Assembly (NCBI GenBank): GCA_030770535.1
Contig: JASVEC010000023.1
Span: forward strand, 558,001 to 622,000
Source: Batkoa obscura
Lineage: Eukaryota
Reading direction: 5' to 3'
DNA length: 64,000 nt
The position numbers were made by a program, and so were the translations under genes. Positions within the stretch are counted from its first letter, which is position 1. The number at the start of each line of letters is the position of its first letter. Below, one piece after another: positions 47,049 through 57,627 of this stretch. Under the pieces are notes generated by a model. It had not been told where the DNA came from. It was given only the letters and a program-made list of their open reading frames with translations, and made no database searches.

Positions 47049-47958
47049 TTAATATTCCATTGAATGACCATCACAACAATCTTGATTTAATCTCATATTC
47101 ATGGAATCTAAATTAATTTTAGCATTAGGATCTTCATCTAATGCATGAATATTAGATTGAATTGTATTAAATTCATTCAATTCAGGTGTATGAATGGAAT
47201 CCTCTAAATCCGATTCATTCGAGGTTATATGTCTTAAAACAGGTTCAGAATCTTTAAAAATAATAGGTAACGGTCTTGGTATACTGTTGATGTCCTTTGG
47301 ATTATTTTTGTTTAAAACTCGAATTATTTCTTCAATTGTTGGATATTCTTCAAATTCCTGTTGACTGTATTTGTAAATTAATTGACCTTGTTCATTGATA
47401 ATAACAGTACCACCCATCTGGAAACCATCTCCACGAAAATTCCCTGGAGTTTCTTTATTACTTTGTTTAATAGCTTTTCCTAATGATAAAAAATGATTAA
47501 TACTTGTTATTATATATATATATATTATATATACTTGTACTCTTCCTGAACAACTTTTTTAATGATTTCAACACAGGAACTTTTTCAAAACCAAAATACT
47601 GATAAATACTTTTTTTAGTATCTAAATAAATTTCCCCATGCCAATAATTGCCTTTCATAAATGAAGTTAATCCTTTACGGTCAAATCCAACAGCTATCAA
47701 CTTCACATTCAATTTTTCAAGTTCTCGCATCTGTTTACTAAGTTCTAAGGCTTCAGTGCTAGTTTTGAAATATTAGTTTTGAAATTTAGATAAATAGATT
47801 TGTGCACCTTACCGACATAAACAACACCCGAATCTTCTTAAAAATTTAACAACAATTGTTTGATCTTTATACAACTCACTGAATAAAAAACCATTACTAG
47901 GCTGATAGGTGGTTTCTAAGCGTAAGTTTGGATCAACGATATCGTATAATTTGGACAT
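47049..47958 (-). CDS. PRXL2/FAM213 (SelenoU-like AhpC/TSA) redoxin, copy 1
   Basis: Spliced: VVKFLRRFGCCLCR|TEALEL...LNVKLIAVGFD...NYWHGEIYLD...PGNFRGDGFQMGGTVII...YPTIEEII; Cys-containing, no TGA at the CxxC. Confidence 0.85.
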
Positions 47959-48955
47959 TTTATTTAATGACAATAAATATGAAGAAATGAAATAAAATGA
48001 AAGTATAAAATAGACTTTCTATTATTATTTATACTTTGTTCGTTATAATTCTAGTTACTTGATTGTAATAATTAGAAGTTTTGTTAATTAGTTTTATATA
48101 TATTTAGTTTAGCTTAATAATTGATAGAAACTTATTTTAATTTGGGGAAATAAAACAAATTTTGATAACTATTCCTTTTTCTATTTGACTCCCTTTTACA
48201 TTTCATAATACCCCTTAATAGAAGGATGTTTATTATCTATTTTTTTACTCACTTTTAAATCATTAATATAGATATAATAAGGAAAATTATTATTATTTAA
48301 TACAACTAAAACAACAATGATAATAATAACAATAGATAGCATTTTATTTTAATTTAATAACTAAATAGTTTGACTTTATTACTTCATCTTATTTATTTTC
48401 AACTCTATTTTTAACTTAGAGTTGTAAGTACACCCATTATTATAATAACCCTAAAACTCAGTTATAAAAATATATAAATTAAATTTCTAATTATAAAAAA
48501 AGCAGCTGAGGTTGAAAATTTTGAAGTAAACTTAAAACAGTGATAGATAATGTTAAACTTTAAAAATCCTAGTTTTCATTTAACTTTAAAGTGGAGTTTT
48601 AAAATTACTTTTACCTTATGAACTTTAAATGAAATAATATAGTTTAGTTTGACTTTATATAAATTCAGTCAAATTTAATATTTTTATATTCAGTTTGAAC
48701 TATCAAACAGTTGATAGTTTGTGATGTGTGAAATAAAGAACTGATGACTAAATTCAATAAATCGATGTGTCTAAAAAGCATAGTAGTAACCATGCATAAT
48801 TGCAACTTTCTTAAGCCACTTAACCCAAATCAAGCCTTTTCATTGGTCTCGATTGCCACTACACCCAATTTTACTTGAAGTTTCAATTTTTGGTTGTAGA
48901 ATTCACAATTAGATCTCCATTACCAGTCAATAAAATTGGAAAAAAGTTGATAATA

Positions 48956-49038
48956 TGATCAGGATGGGATTCGAACCCACGCCTCCGAAGAGACCGCGGC
49001 CTTAACACGGCGCCTTAGACCAACTCGGCCACCTGATC
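48956..49038 (-). tRNA. tRNA-Leu (anticodon AAG)
   Basis: GATCAGG TGGCCGAGTTGGTCTAAGGC G CCGTG TTAAGGC CGCGG TCTCTTCGGAGGC GTGGG TTCGAAT CCCAT CCTGATC A: full cloverleaf with long variable arm, no intron. Confidence 0.96.
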
Positions 49039-49267
49039 TATGTTACCGAAATTTAAACAAATAACTTAATTATAATCAGTCTATATACGAATTTTTTTAT
49101 GAATAAAAAGCCACATTTTCTAAACGGTCAAAAAGAAAGGGATACGAAATTCCAACATTATGACTTAATAAAAAGGGAGAATGTGTGTTTAATAATCGTA
49201 AAATTATTGACAATTATCAGTTTTAATAAAATTAAAGCAACATCTAATAAAAAAAAATCAAATAAAG

Positions 49268-50235
49268 ATGAGCCTTGAGCAATTATTAGTAACTCAAGTA
49301 ACCAAAAATGGGATGAAGAAAATACATTTATCTGAAATATTAAATGGGAAAGTGGTAGTGAAATTAATGCGTCGATTTGGTTGTCCATTATGTAGGATGG
49401 AAGCGAAAGCATTGTCAAGTTATAAACCAATTTTTGGTAAGTTAATGAGAGAAAAAGATATTTTAATTGATTATGATAGTTCGATTGGAGTTGATTGATG
49501 TGATAACAATTAGATATATTAATAATCTTTATTTATAGACAAATACAATGTAAAGTTAATTGGCATTGGGTTTGATATTAATGGGTATAAAGTAGGTTTT
49601 TCTTCTTTTGAATAATCTTTATTATAATCTAAATATTTAAACCAAATAAGGAATTCGAACAAGGTAACTATTGGGATGGAGAATTGTATTTAGATCAAGA
49701 AAAAAAAGTATATGAATATTTTAATTTAAAGAGAGTGACTTTATTTAATGCTATATTTGCTTTTACCAGTCCAACTACTTGTAAGTTATTTTATTTTGTT
49801 TTATTTTAATAGATTTTTTTAAAACTGTGTAGTGAACTCTTTAAAACAGGCTAAAGAAATGGGTGTTGGTGGAAATTATACGGTAATTAAACACTATTTT
49901 TTAATAATTAAGTATTAACATAGTTTGATGTTTATTTAGAAAGGCGATGGCTTGTAATTTTAATTCATCAATCGTATAAATGGAACGTTTTTTAATATAT
50001 TTTAATAGCCAATTAGGAGCCACACTATTATTTGATAATCAAGAGTTAATTTATAAATTTGAGCAGGTAACGGGCAGTGATTATCCAGATATCAAGAAGA
50101 TGATTGAATTGATTGGGGGTAATTCTAATGTCATTGAGGTAAGATTTTATACTTGAGATTACTGGTTATTGTTAATGTTTCTTTTAGAATACTATCTCTC
50201 CCCATTTCCCAGTATATCATGATAATAAACTATAG
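49268..50235 (+). CDS. PRXL2/FAM213 redoxin, copy 2
   Basis: Spliced: VVKLMRRFGCPLCRMEA...NVKLIGIGFD...NYWDGELYLD...GGNYT|KGDGF|QLGATL...DYPDIKK; about 6 introns, including a 14-nt micro-exon. Confidence 0.85.
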
Positions 50236-51314
50236 TCTTTTCTAAGCCATTTAATTTTGCGTTATTTTATGTCATTTATATATTGTAATTTATTGCATTA
50301 TTTTGTATCATTTGTACTTTATACTCTATTATTTTGTATCAATTTTTAAGTGATGTATTTTTTATTCACTATTAACTTTTTCAAAGACTTATTTTCTAGA
50401 TTTAAATATATTAGTTGATTTATAAAATGAAAATGCTGAAAATTCTTAATAAAGTTTTGTTCTAGACAATAGAAATTTTGATCAAAAAAACAATCAGAAT
50501 AAAAAAGCAATTATATTTGTTAGGATTTTATTTAACCCATAAAATTAATTCTTTAACAAAAATTTAAAAAAACTTTATGAATAATAATCTCTTTATTTTC
50601 AAATAAAACATGAAAAAACTTAATAACATTGTCATCGTTATCCTATTTTATTAAATATTCTTTCACAATCATTTTAATAGTATAATTACTAATATGTAGC
50701 ACCATGGTTAATTTTTTTATAAAAAATTCAAGTATGGCTAAATTATTTAATAAAACTAAAAAAAATCGACTAATTACCCTAAGAATAAATACTGTTAAAA
50801 ATGAAATAAATCCAAATTCCAATTTCATCTCAATAATTACGATATTAACATATTGTTGTCGGGCGATTTTATTTATAGATATTAAGTTTGGACTTTAGCC
50901 ACACTAAAGCAAATTTAACTAATTGAATTGATTTATAAAACGAGATGAACTTAATTTAATTGGTTGAAAATTATTAATATGTTATAAGTTCATTTTAACC
51001 TCAACTTCAAAAACGGATTGCTATGACTTAACAGCAATGTGTTAAACACAAGTTACGATGTTAAAGGCCATTAAATTACTAAATTTGTCCATCGATTAAA
51101 AAAAACCATAATTCAAAAAATGAAATTATGCTAGGCGGATAACTAGATAAAATAGGCTAATTGACTAACAAAATTTTCAAAAAATGCGAAGCGAGTAAGG
51201 GAGTAATAATTAAAAAATTAAGTATAAATATGAAACTCAACTCCAAACATTGATTATTTGTATTAAATAAATCGATTCTATCTATTTCTATATTAACAGA
51301 AGAAACATATAACA

Positions 51315-52399
51315 ATGACTACCGAAAAGAGTTTAATCGGACAAAAAATTAATTTAAATATTGAAGTCAATCCCTGGGATAAACCAGAAGAAATTGTCAA
51401 ATTAAATTCCGCTTGGGATCATCAAAAAGTATTATTTAAAATATTTCGAAGATTTGGGTGTCCCTTATGTCGGTAAGTAGAAAATAAGAATCTAATGCTA
51501 TCATATCTTTTTATAATATAATATGTTTATGCTTTTTCATTTTAGTTTAGAAGCTAAAGTACTTTCTAATTATAAAAAAGAGTTTGGTAAATTTATTTCT
51601 ATTTTATTATAATAATTTTGTTTATTTGTTTATTTTTAATAGAAAAATTAAACGTTCGTGTTATTGGTATTGGATTTGATGAATTAGGTTTAAAAGTAAT
51701 AATAATAATATTATTAATATATAAACATAATATTAATAAAATATTCTATTTTATAATAGGAATGGACTGAAAATAAATTTTGGGATTATGAATTATATAT
51801 GGACAAACCAAGAACTTTATATAAATATTTGAATTTTAATCGTCATAATTATTGGTCCGGTATTGTTACTTTATTTGGCGATGAAGAACGTAAGTATATT
51901 ACTATTATTAATAAATACAATTTATTTATTTGTCTTTTATTTATAGAAAGAGCTTCTAGAGCTTGTAAAGAACGTGGTATCACTGGTAATATGTTGGTAA
52001 GTATAATTAGTATTTTATTAATAATCTATTAATAATTTATTGATAATTTATTAATAATCTATTTTTGTTTAGGTTGGTGATGGATTGTAATAATTAACTA
52101 TATTAATATAACAAAATAATACAATTATTAACATAACATTTGTTTTTTAAATAGTCAATTAGGTGGTACTTATTTACTTGATCAAGGTGGTGAGATATTA
52201 TATGAATTTAAACAAAAAGGCTATGGTGATTATCCAAGTTTAAAAGAAGTTATATTTGCTGCTGGTGGGGATCCTAATATTATTGATGTAGATATTATTT
52301 ATTTTATTATTATATTAATTAATTATTGTTATTTATTTATTCTAGCATAAAGACGAAGTTTTAGTACGTCATTGTAATGATGCCCAATGCCAAATTTAA
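51315..52399 (+). CDS. PRXL2/FAM213 redoxin, copy 3
   Basis: Spliced: LFKIFRRFGCPLCR|LEAK...NVRVIGIGFD...FWDYELYMD...GITGNML|VGDGF|QLGGTYL...DYPSLKEV...CNDAQCQI*; about 7 introns. Confidence 0.85.
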
Positions 52400-52614
52400 A
52401 CTGATATTAAAGTTTAAAAGATGTTTTTGATTATGTAATAGGTGATCTTTATTTAGCTTATTAATTTTTTATTCTTGTTGATGCTTTCGAATAAAATAAA
52501 CTATTTTCTACTAAAAATTATTATAATCTATTTTTAATATTGAGAATCAATCTTATTGAATTAAACTATATATAATATAACAATTCAATATTATATAACA
52601 TCAATGTATTGTAT

Positions 52615-52711
52615 GGGGACGTTTTCTTTGGTTTCATTACTTTTTCATTTTTTGTGCTATTTGTAGTGGAAAGGTTGTTAATAAAATTCTTAAATAAAAT
52701 AATACATCCCC
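52615..52711 (+). mobile_element. MITE family A copy
   Basis: GGGGACGTTTTCTTTGG...AATACATCCCC flanked by GTAT/ATAT. Confidence 0.85.
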
Positions 52712-52750
52712 ATATATATAAAAATCACTTTAGTTTATTTATTTATTTAA

Positions 52751-53347
52751 CTACTTTAGCATAGTCAATTTATTACTCCATTTTTTAGGTAAAAATCGAC
52801 TCCACATTCTTTTTAATATTGGATAAAAATAAACATTTTTACCAAATAAATTAGAAAACGTAAATAATAATAATGAATAAGTTGGTAATCCTAATAATAC
52901 AGAACTTATTCGATAACTCCATGGGCCTTCTTTTAAGGAACCTATATAAAAAAGATAAATGTTTAGTTCACTTAATACTCTTTTTTTATATGCTATTAAT
53001 TACTAATTCATTGAAATTGTTTTTTAATTTAGTAGTGGTAATATTTAAAAAAACATTGTATTATAAAATGAATCTATATCTATTGCTAAAACTAGATCAA
53101 ATTGTTCCTTACCTTTTAAGCCAAAGAGATTATTTAATAAAGGTCTTGAAATATAAACTGAAGTGGAGCCAGTGATAGCAAAGATGCCCATAATTAATAT
53201 AAAATCTTTATAGAATAACAATGAGTTCTTTGGATGTGGAGATATTTTTTCAAATAATGTTCGTTTGATTAATAAATTATTATTAAAATGGAATGTACTT
53301 TTTAGTTTCGTTGGTTTAATATTTGTAGTTAATCGTGTTAATAACAT
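52751..53347 (-). CDS. Small two-TM membrane protein with mitochondrial-type leader, DUF6787-like
   Basis: Exons 53113-53347 and 52751-52941 (GT-AG intron): ...GIFAITGSTSVYISRPLLNNLFGLKG|SLKEGPWSYRISSVLLGLPTYSLLLFTFSNLFGKNVYFYPILKRMWSRFLP. The family assignment is from recollection of the FAITGS...RF pattern. Confidence 0.7.
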
Positions 53348-53705
53348 ATTCGATATGATAATTGACTATTTGTATTTAATTTAAAAGTGGGCTTATGCGA
53401 GTCCTAGTTGAAGTTTAAAGAAATAATATTTTCTATTGTTGATATAAAAATATATACAAGTATTATACTATTTTCTTAAAAAATAAAAAATAACAAATAT
53501 TAAAAATTAATCAAATGTGAAATTTGGTTTAATAACAACCAATCATAAGCTTTGATCTTTTATCTTACTAATTTAATTTAGGAAATTAATTTCTTCAATA
53601 TATTGACATTATAGAAAAATAAGTAAAAAACATTTCATATCAATTAAACAAAAATTACTTTTATTCAAAAATTATATTTATTTATAAATAAACTCCCTAA
53701 TGATC

Positions 53706-55618
53706 TTACACCACCTTACGACCACAACACCCACCTTCTTCTTTTTTATTTTTACTTCCACAACATCCATTATCCTCCTTATCTTTCTCACTCGTCTTAT
53801 TCTTTGTACTTAGTACTTTCTCATTCTTCTTATTTCTATTTTTATTTTTTAAATGATTATTATGATTTGGTGTCCAATTTCCTAAAGATTCATTAGCATA
53901 AAAGTCCATTGGATAAACATCTTGAAATTTAATATTATCTAAAGCAACATTAACTTCATAAGGAGTTAATAAGGGCTTATTAAATGCATAACCCCAATCA
54001 ATACTTAACCGAGGACAAGCTATTTGAACAAAACTAATAATTAACAAAATCAAAAAGATTAATTAGTTGACTAATAGTGTTATAGCTGTTAATACTTACA
54101 CATCAATATTTTCAAACTCATTTAATTTGGTTGGAAAGATTTCAGATAATAAAATAATACTATAGTTTAATCCCTTATCTTGAATCTTCTCTTTCAATGC
54201 CTAGAAATAAAACATTATCAATTAAAATCTCTACTATAGAAAAATCCTTACTTCTAAAACTCGATTACTACCCTGTCTACCAAGGGTACCTAAAATGATA
54301 CCAAAATTTTTGGCTTTTTTGCTTTGTTGGATTGCAAACTCTCTTATTTCATGCATTTCACTATGGTTATAATATTCTCTAGTAAATTTTTGATTATATG
54401 GGTCATATCGATAAGCTGGTAAATCAGGATTAGCTATCATAGCAGCTTCTAAATGAAACCGACCATCACCTAGGTAGCTAGTATTTTATGGAAGATATTA
54501 GAATTGTATTAAATTACTAGGAAGAGGGCATATTACACTTACATCAATGCATCTTGTGAGTTAATTTTTGGTGCCGTACAACCTAATATTTCACCAGGAC
54601 TTAATGGTTTACTTTGTGGTATTAAAATTTGATAATTTTTAGAAAGTAATTGATATGAAGCCTAATTATTATTTTAAAAATAAATAAATAATAATAATTT
54701 GATGGTTTAATAATAAACGTTGATAAAATACTTACTTGTAAAGCAGTACCAAATTGAATTGTACCTACTAAGGCTAATTTACTACCAACTTCAAAATTAT
54801 ATTCTACAGTATCAATGAAATGTTGGATATTAATACTGATATCAACAAAGATGTATAATGTCTTTATACTAGTAATATCAACAGGAACTAATAAATTTTT
54901 AAAATTAGAATATAGAATTTAATAAAATAAATTAACAAAAATGAAATGAAATATTTTAAATTCATTTACCTAAACAAGAATGTCCATAATGTAATAAAAA
55001 ATCACACTTTAATGCTTTAGCTGTGAAATCATCTACACAACATGCACCATAAGTTACATCCCCCATTATTACTGTCTTTACGTTACAAAATCTAGTTAAA
55101 TATTTAAGTTAAATATTTCTTATTAAGAGCTATTTTTTATTTACCTTTCCAATATATCCGCTATAGTACAAGCAAACATTAATATACCTTCAGGGAATTG
55201 TAAAGCCACTATAAAGGATAGGGATTAGTTTTTTGATATTGATAATAATAAACTAGTTTAATAAGATATATATGTATATTATTACCTTTTGTAGCTCCAA
55301 ATTTTTTAATTTGCCAAATACTCTTGTGAATTTCAAAGTTATAATTGGAAGGTAACTAATTTTTGTCAAATTGATTACTATTTTTTAAATTTTTTATTAA
55401 ATAAATAATACATACTTGTTTTATTGCCATATTTAACAACTCATCATTTAATATATCTTCTGGTATTTGGTTCCATAATCGACGGTTACTAGCTCGAGAT
55501 TTTGGAGCGGTGGCATTATCTATTAGGAATTTTTTAAAATGATCTTTTTCGTATTGGCTACTATCTAGTATCTACCTTCAATATCTTCTATCCCTTTTTT
55601 GATTGTTGTCAAATCCAT
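53706..55618 (-). CDS. DPH1: 2-(3-amino-3-carboxypropyl)histidine synthase subunit 1
   Basis: Spliced: [10 protein letters not shown]...[12 protein letters not shown]...VALQFPEG...[17 protein letters not shown]...HYGHSCL...[17 protein letters not shown]...[10 protein letters not shown]...[11 protein letters not shown]...[13 protein letters not shown]...YPMDFYA; about 9 introns. Confidence 0.95.
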
Positions 55619-55841
55619 TTATTTATTTACTTTGATTGAATAAAAATAGTAACTGGAAATTTCAAAACTAAAATTCCTAAAAAAATGAATTGCAAAAAAA
55701 GGAACTTAAGTCCCAAAGTCCTAAAATAAAGCTGCATAAATGAAGTTTATTTTGGATTTTTAGATTCATTCAAATTCAATTTTTAGAAATCAAATTCATT
55801 CTTTAACCAAAAGTTAAAAAAAGTAAAACAATAATCAGACT

Positions 55842-56457
55842 ATGTCAAGTGTAAGTATAATTATATACCGCATATTCACGGTTTTAGCAAAATCGTTTTC
55901 AAAACTCAACACTAAAAAACCACAACTTCAAATTTCAAATAACCAAGCTATCAATCTCATTGAAAAATCCACTCACAAAACAACAAATGCTAATCTCATT
56001 TCTCTATTTATTAGTTAATCCCCGTCAATCCCAAACCCTTTTTACAAAATTTAACTGGAAAAGCCGTAGTAGTCAAACTCAAGTGGGGTTTAGAATACAA
56101 AGGTTTTTTAACTTCGGTTGATTCTTATATGAATTTACAAGTAAGCATTATTAGTAATAATTGATTTATCTACATGGTTATTGTTTCTACTTGTTTTTTA
56201 TTGTTAATTTTAATTTTATTTTTTTATTTTTATTACCTATTAATATTTGAATTTTTATAGTTAAACTCAGCTGAAGAATTTGAAGATGGAATAGGTGCTC
56301 AAGTTGGGGAAGTATTGATAAGGTAAAAAGTTGAATTTTTTATCTCGGAATGTGTATTAATAATTTTATCTTAATTATTAGGTGTAATAATGTATTATAT
56401 ATCCGTGGAGCTGATGAAGAATTAAAAGAAGAAGTTAAAGAAGAAGCCATGGAATGA
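55842..56457 (+). CDS. SNRPF: Small nuclear ribonucleoprotein F (SmF)
   Basis: Spliced: [55 protein letters not shown]...[15 protein letters not shown]; 3 introns. Confidence 0.95.
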
Positions 56458-56767
56458 AAAAATAATTTTTTTTGAATTGTTAGTATAAATAAATGGCAGT
56501 TATTTGAAAATTTAATATTTGACTTTATTTTTTTGAAGTTTCTAGTTTTAGATATTGATAGGAATCTAAGGTAAATTAAGTTATTTAAATTCAAACAGGT
56601 GCCTTTATTTAAAAAATTGGGACAAATAAAAAGAGTATATTAATTAAGGTTTATTTTATTTCATAATTTACAAATATATAGTACATAAGGTAAGACAAGG
56701 GTATCTATAAAAAAACAAGCAGGTTAATAAGATGCTTACATAAAATCAAAATAAGAGTAATAAAATA

Positions 56768-56862
56768 ATTTCAGAATCATTATACTCGTCAATAAACTCC
56801 AGCAACCTGGGCGTTTTCAGCGGATTGACAGATTAAATTAAAAATTTTATTTCATCATGCTA
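56768..56862 (-). ncRNA. Intronic box C/D snoRNA guiding 18S rRNA 2'-O-methylation (SNORD110-type target)
   Basis: Minus strand: box C ATGATGA (56852-56858), guide AATCTGTCAATCC + G + D' CTGA (56817-56820), C' TGACGA, D CTGA (56771-56774). The guide is complementary to conserved 18S GGAUUGACAGAUU. Lies in GTAAGT...TAG intron 56705-56896. Confidence 0.85.
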
Positions 56863-57021
56863 TTGTTATCATAGATCAGATAAAAAAACCACTTACCTAT
56901 TAGTTTTTACTGATAGACCGAATATAAATGATTTTTTGTACAATCATTGATATATGTGGAAAAACTAAAGAAATGAAGATTAATAAGTGACACTAGATCA
57001 TTGTTTTGTTAACATTTAAAA

Positions 57022-57108
57022 GAACTCAGGGCTTCTTAGAGATAGTTGGTCCATCATTTATTTTTATAAAAAATATCAAAACCGGTATGTTGTTGGATCA
57101 TCATTGGG
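57022..57108 (-). ncRNA. Intronic box C/D snoRNA, U61/SNORD61-like
   Basis: Minus strand: box C ATGATGA (57098-57104), D' TTGA, C' ATGATG, guide CTCTAAGAAG + CC + D CTGA (57026-57029). The guide is complementary to conserved 18S CUUCUUAGAG. Lies in GTAAGT...TAG intron 56965-57153. Confidence 0.82.
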
Positions 57109-57627
57109 ATTTTAATGAAATTTTTTTATTAAAGTAGTTAATAGTTTACTTACAAATTCGATTCAAAAAGTGATTTTCTATGATAATGAAACTTTCAAAT
57201 TTATAAAAATTTTGAGAAAAAAATTTTCTTACAAATCGGAGAGAGCCAATCAATGGTCGATTCTTAAATTAAGATCCCATTAGTAAGGATTTGAGAAATC
57301 CAGCTTAATTATTTAAATATTTAATACTTTAAACGTTATCAGAAAGAATAATAACCTATTAAAAAAATCAAGAATAAAAAGAATACATTAAAAAGATATT
57401 AAAAATTTATTAATAAAGAAATTTAAATTAGATTATTTATCGTTAATATATATACTATAAAAAAATAAAAAAATATAAAATTGATTATTGACCATTCAAT
57501 CAATCAATCATTCTCGTCCTTATTCCCAATCCATCGTACATCCAATCCTTCTTTTTCAGTGCCAAATATCTTATTAAATCCTCAAATAATCAATAACATA
57601 CTCAATGCTGTTTATTCCATTATATCC

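Noticed and set aside
47049..52399. Selenoprotein (UGA-recoded) interpretation of the PRXL2 genes
   Set aside because: All CxxC codons are TGT; no in-frame TGA is needed, and the neighbouring tRNA is Leu(AAG), not Sec.
4295..52711. Dispersed ~100-bp repeats as a CRISPR-like array
   Set aside because: Eukaryotic context, irregular spacing, both orientations, TIRs and TSDs indicate a MITE.
26853..55618. DPH1 and DPH6 as a diphthamide gene cluster; U1 and SmF as a spliceosome cluster
   Set aside because: Separated by about 26 kb and 41 kb of unrelated genes; compatible with chance unless synteny is shown.
56822..56834. 18S rRNA-identical 13-mer on the + strand as an rRNA fragment
   Set aside because: Better explained as the antisense guide of the minus-strand snoRNA, since C/D boxes flank it.
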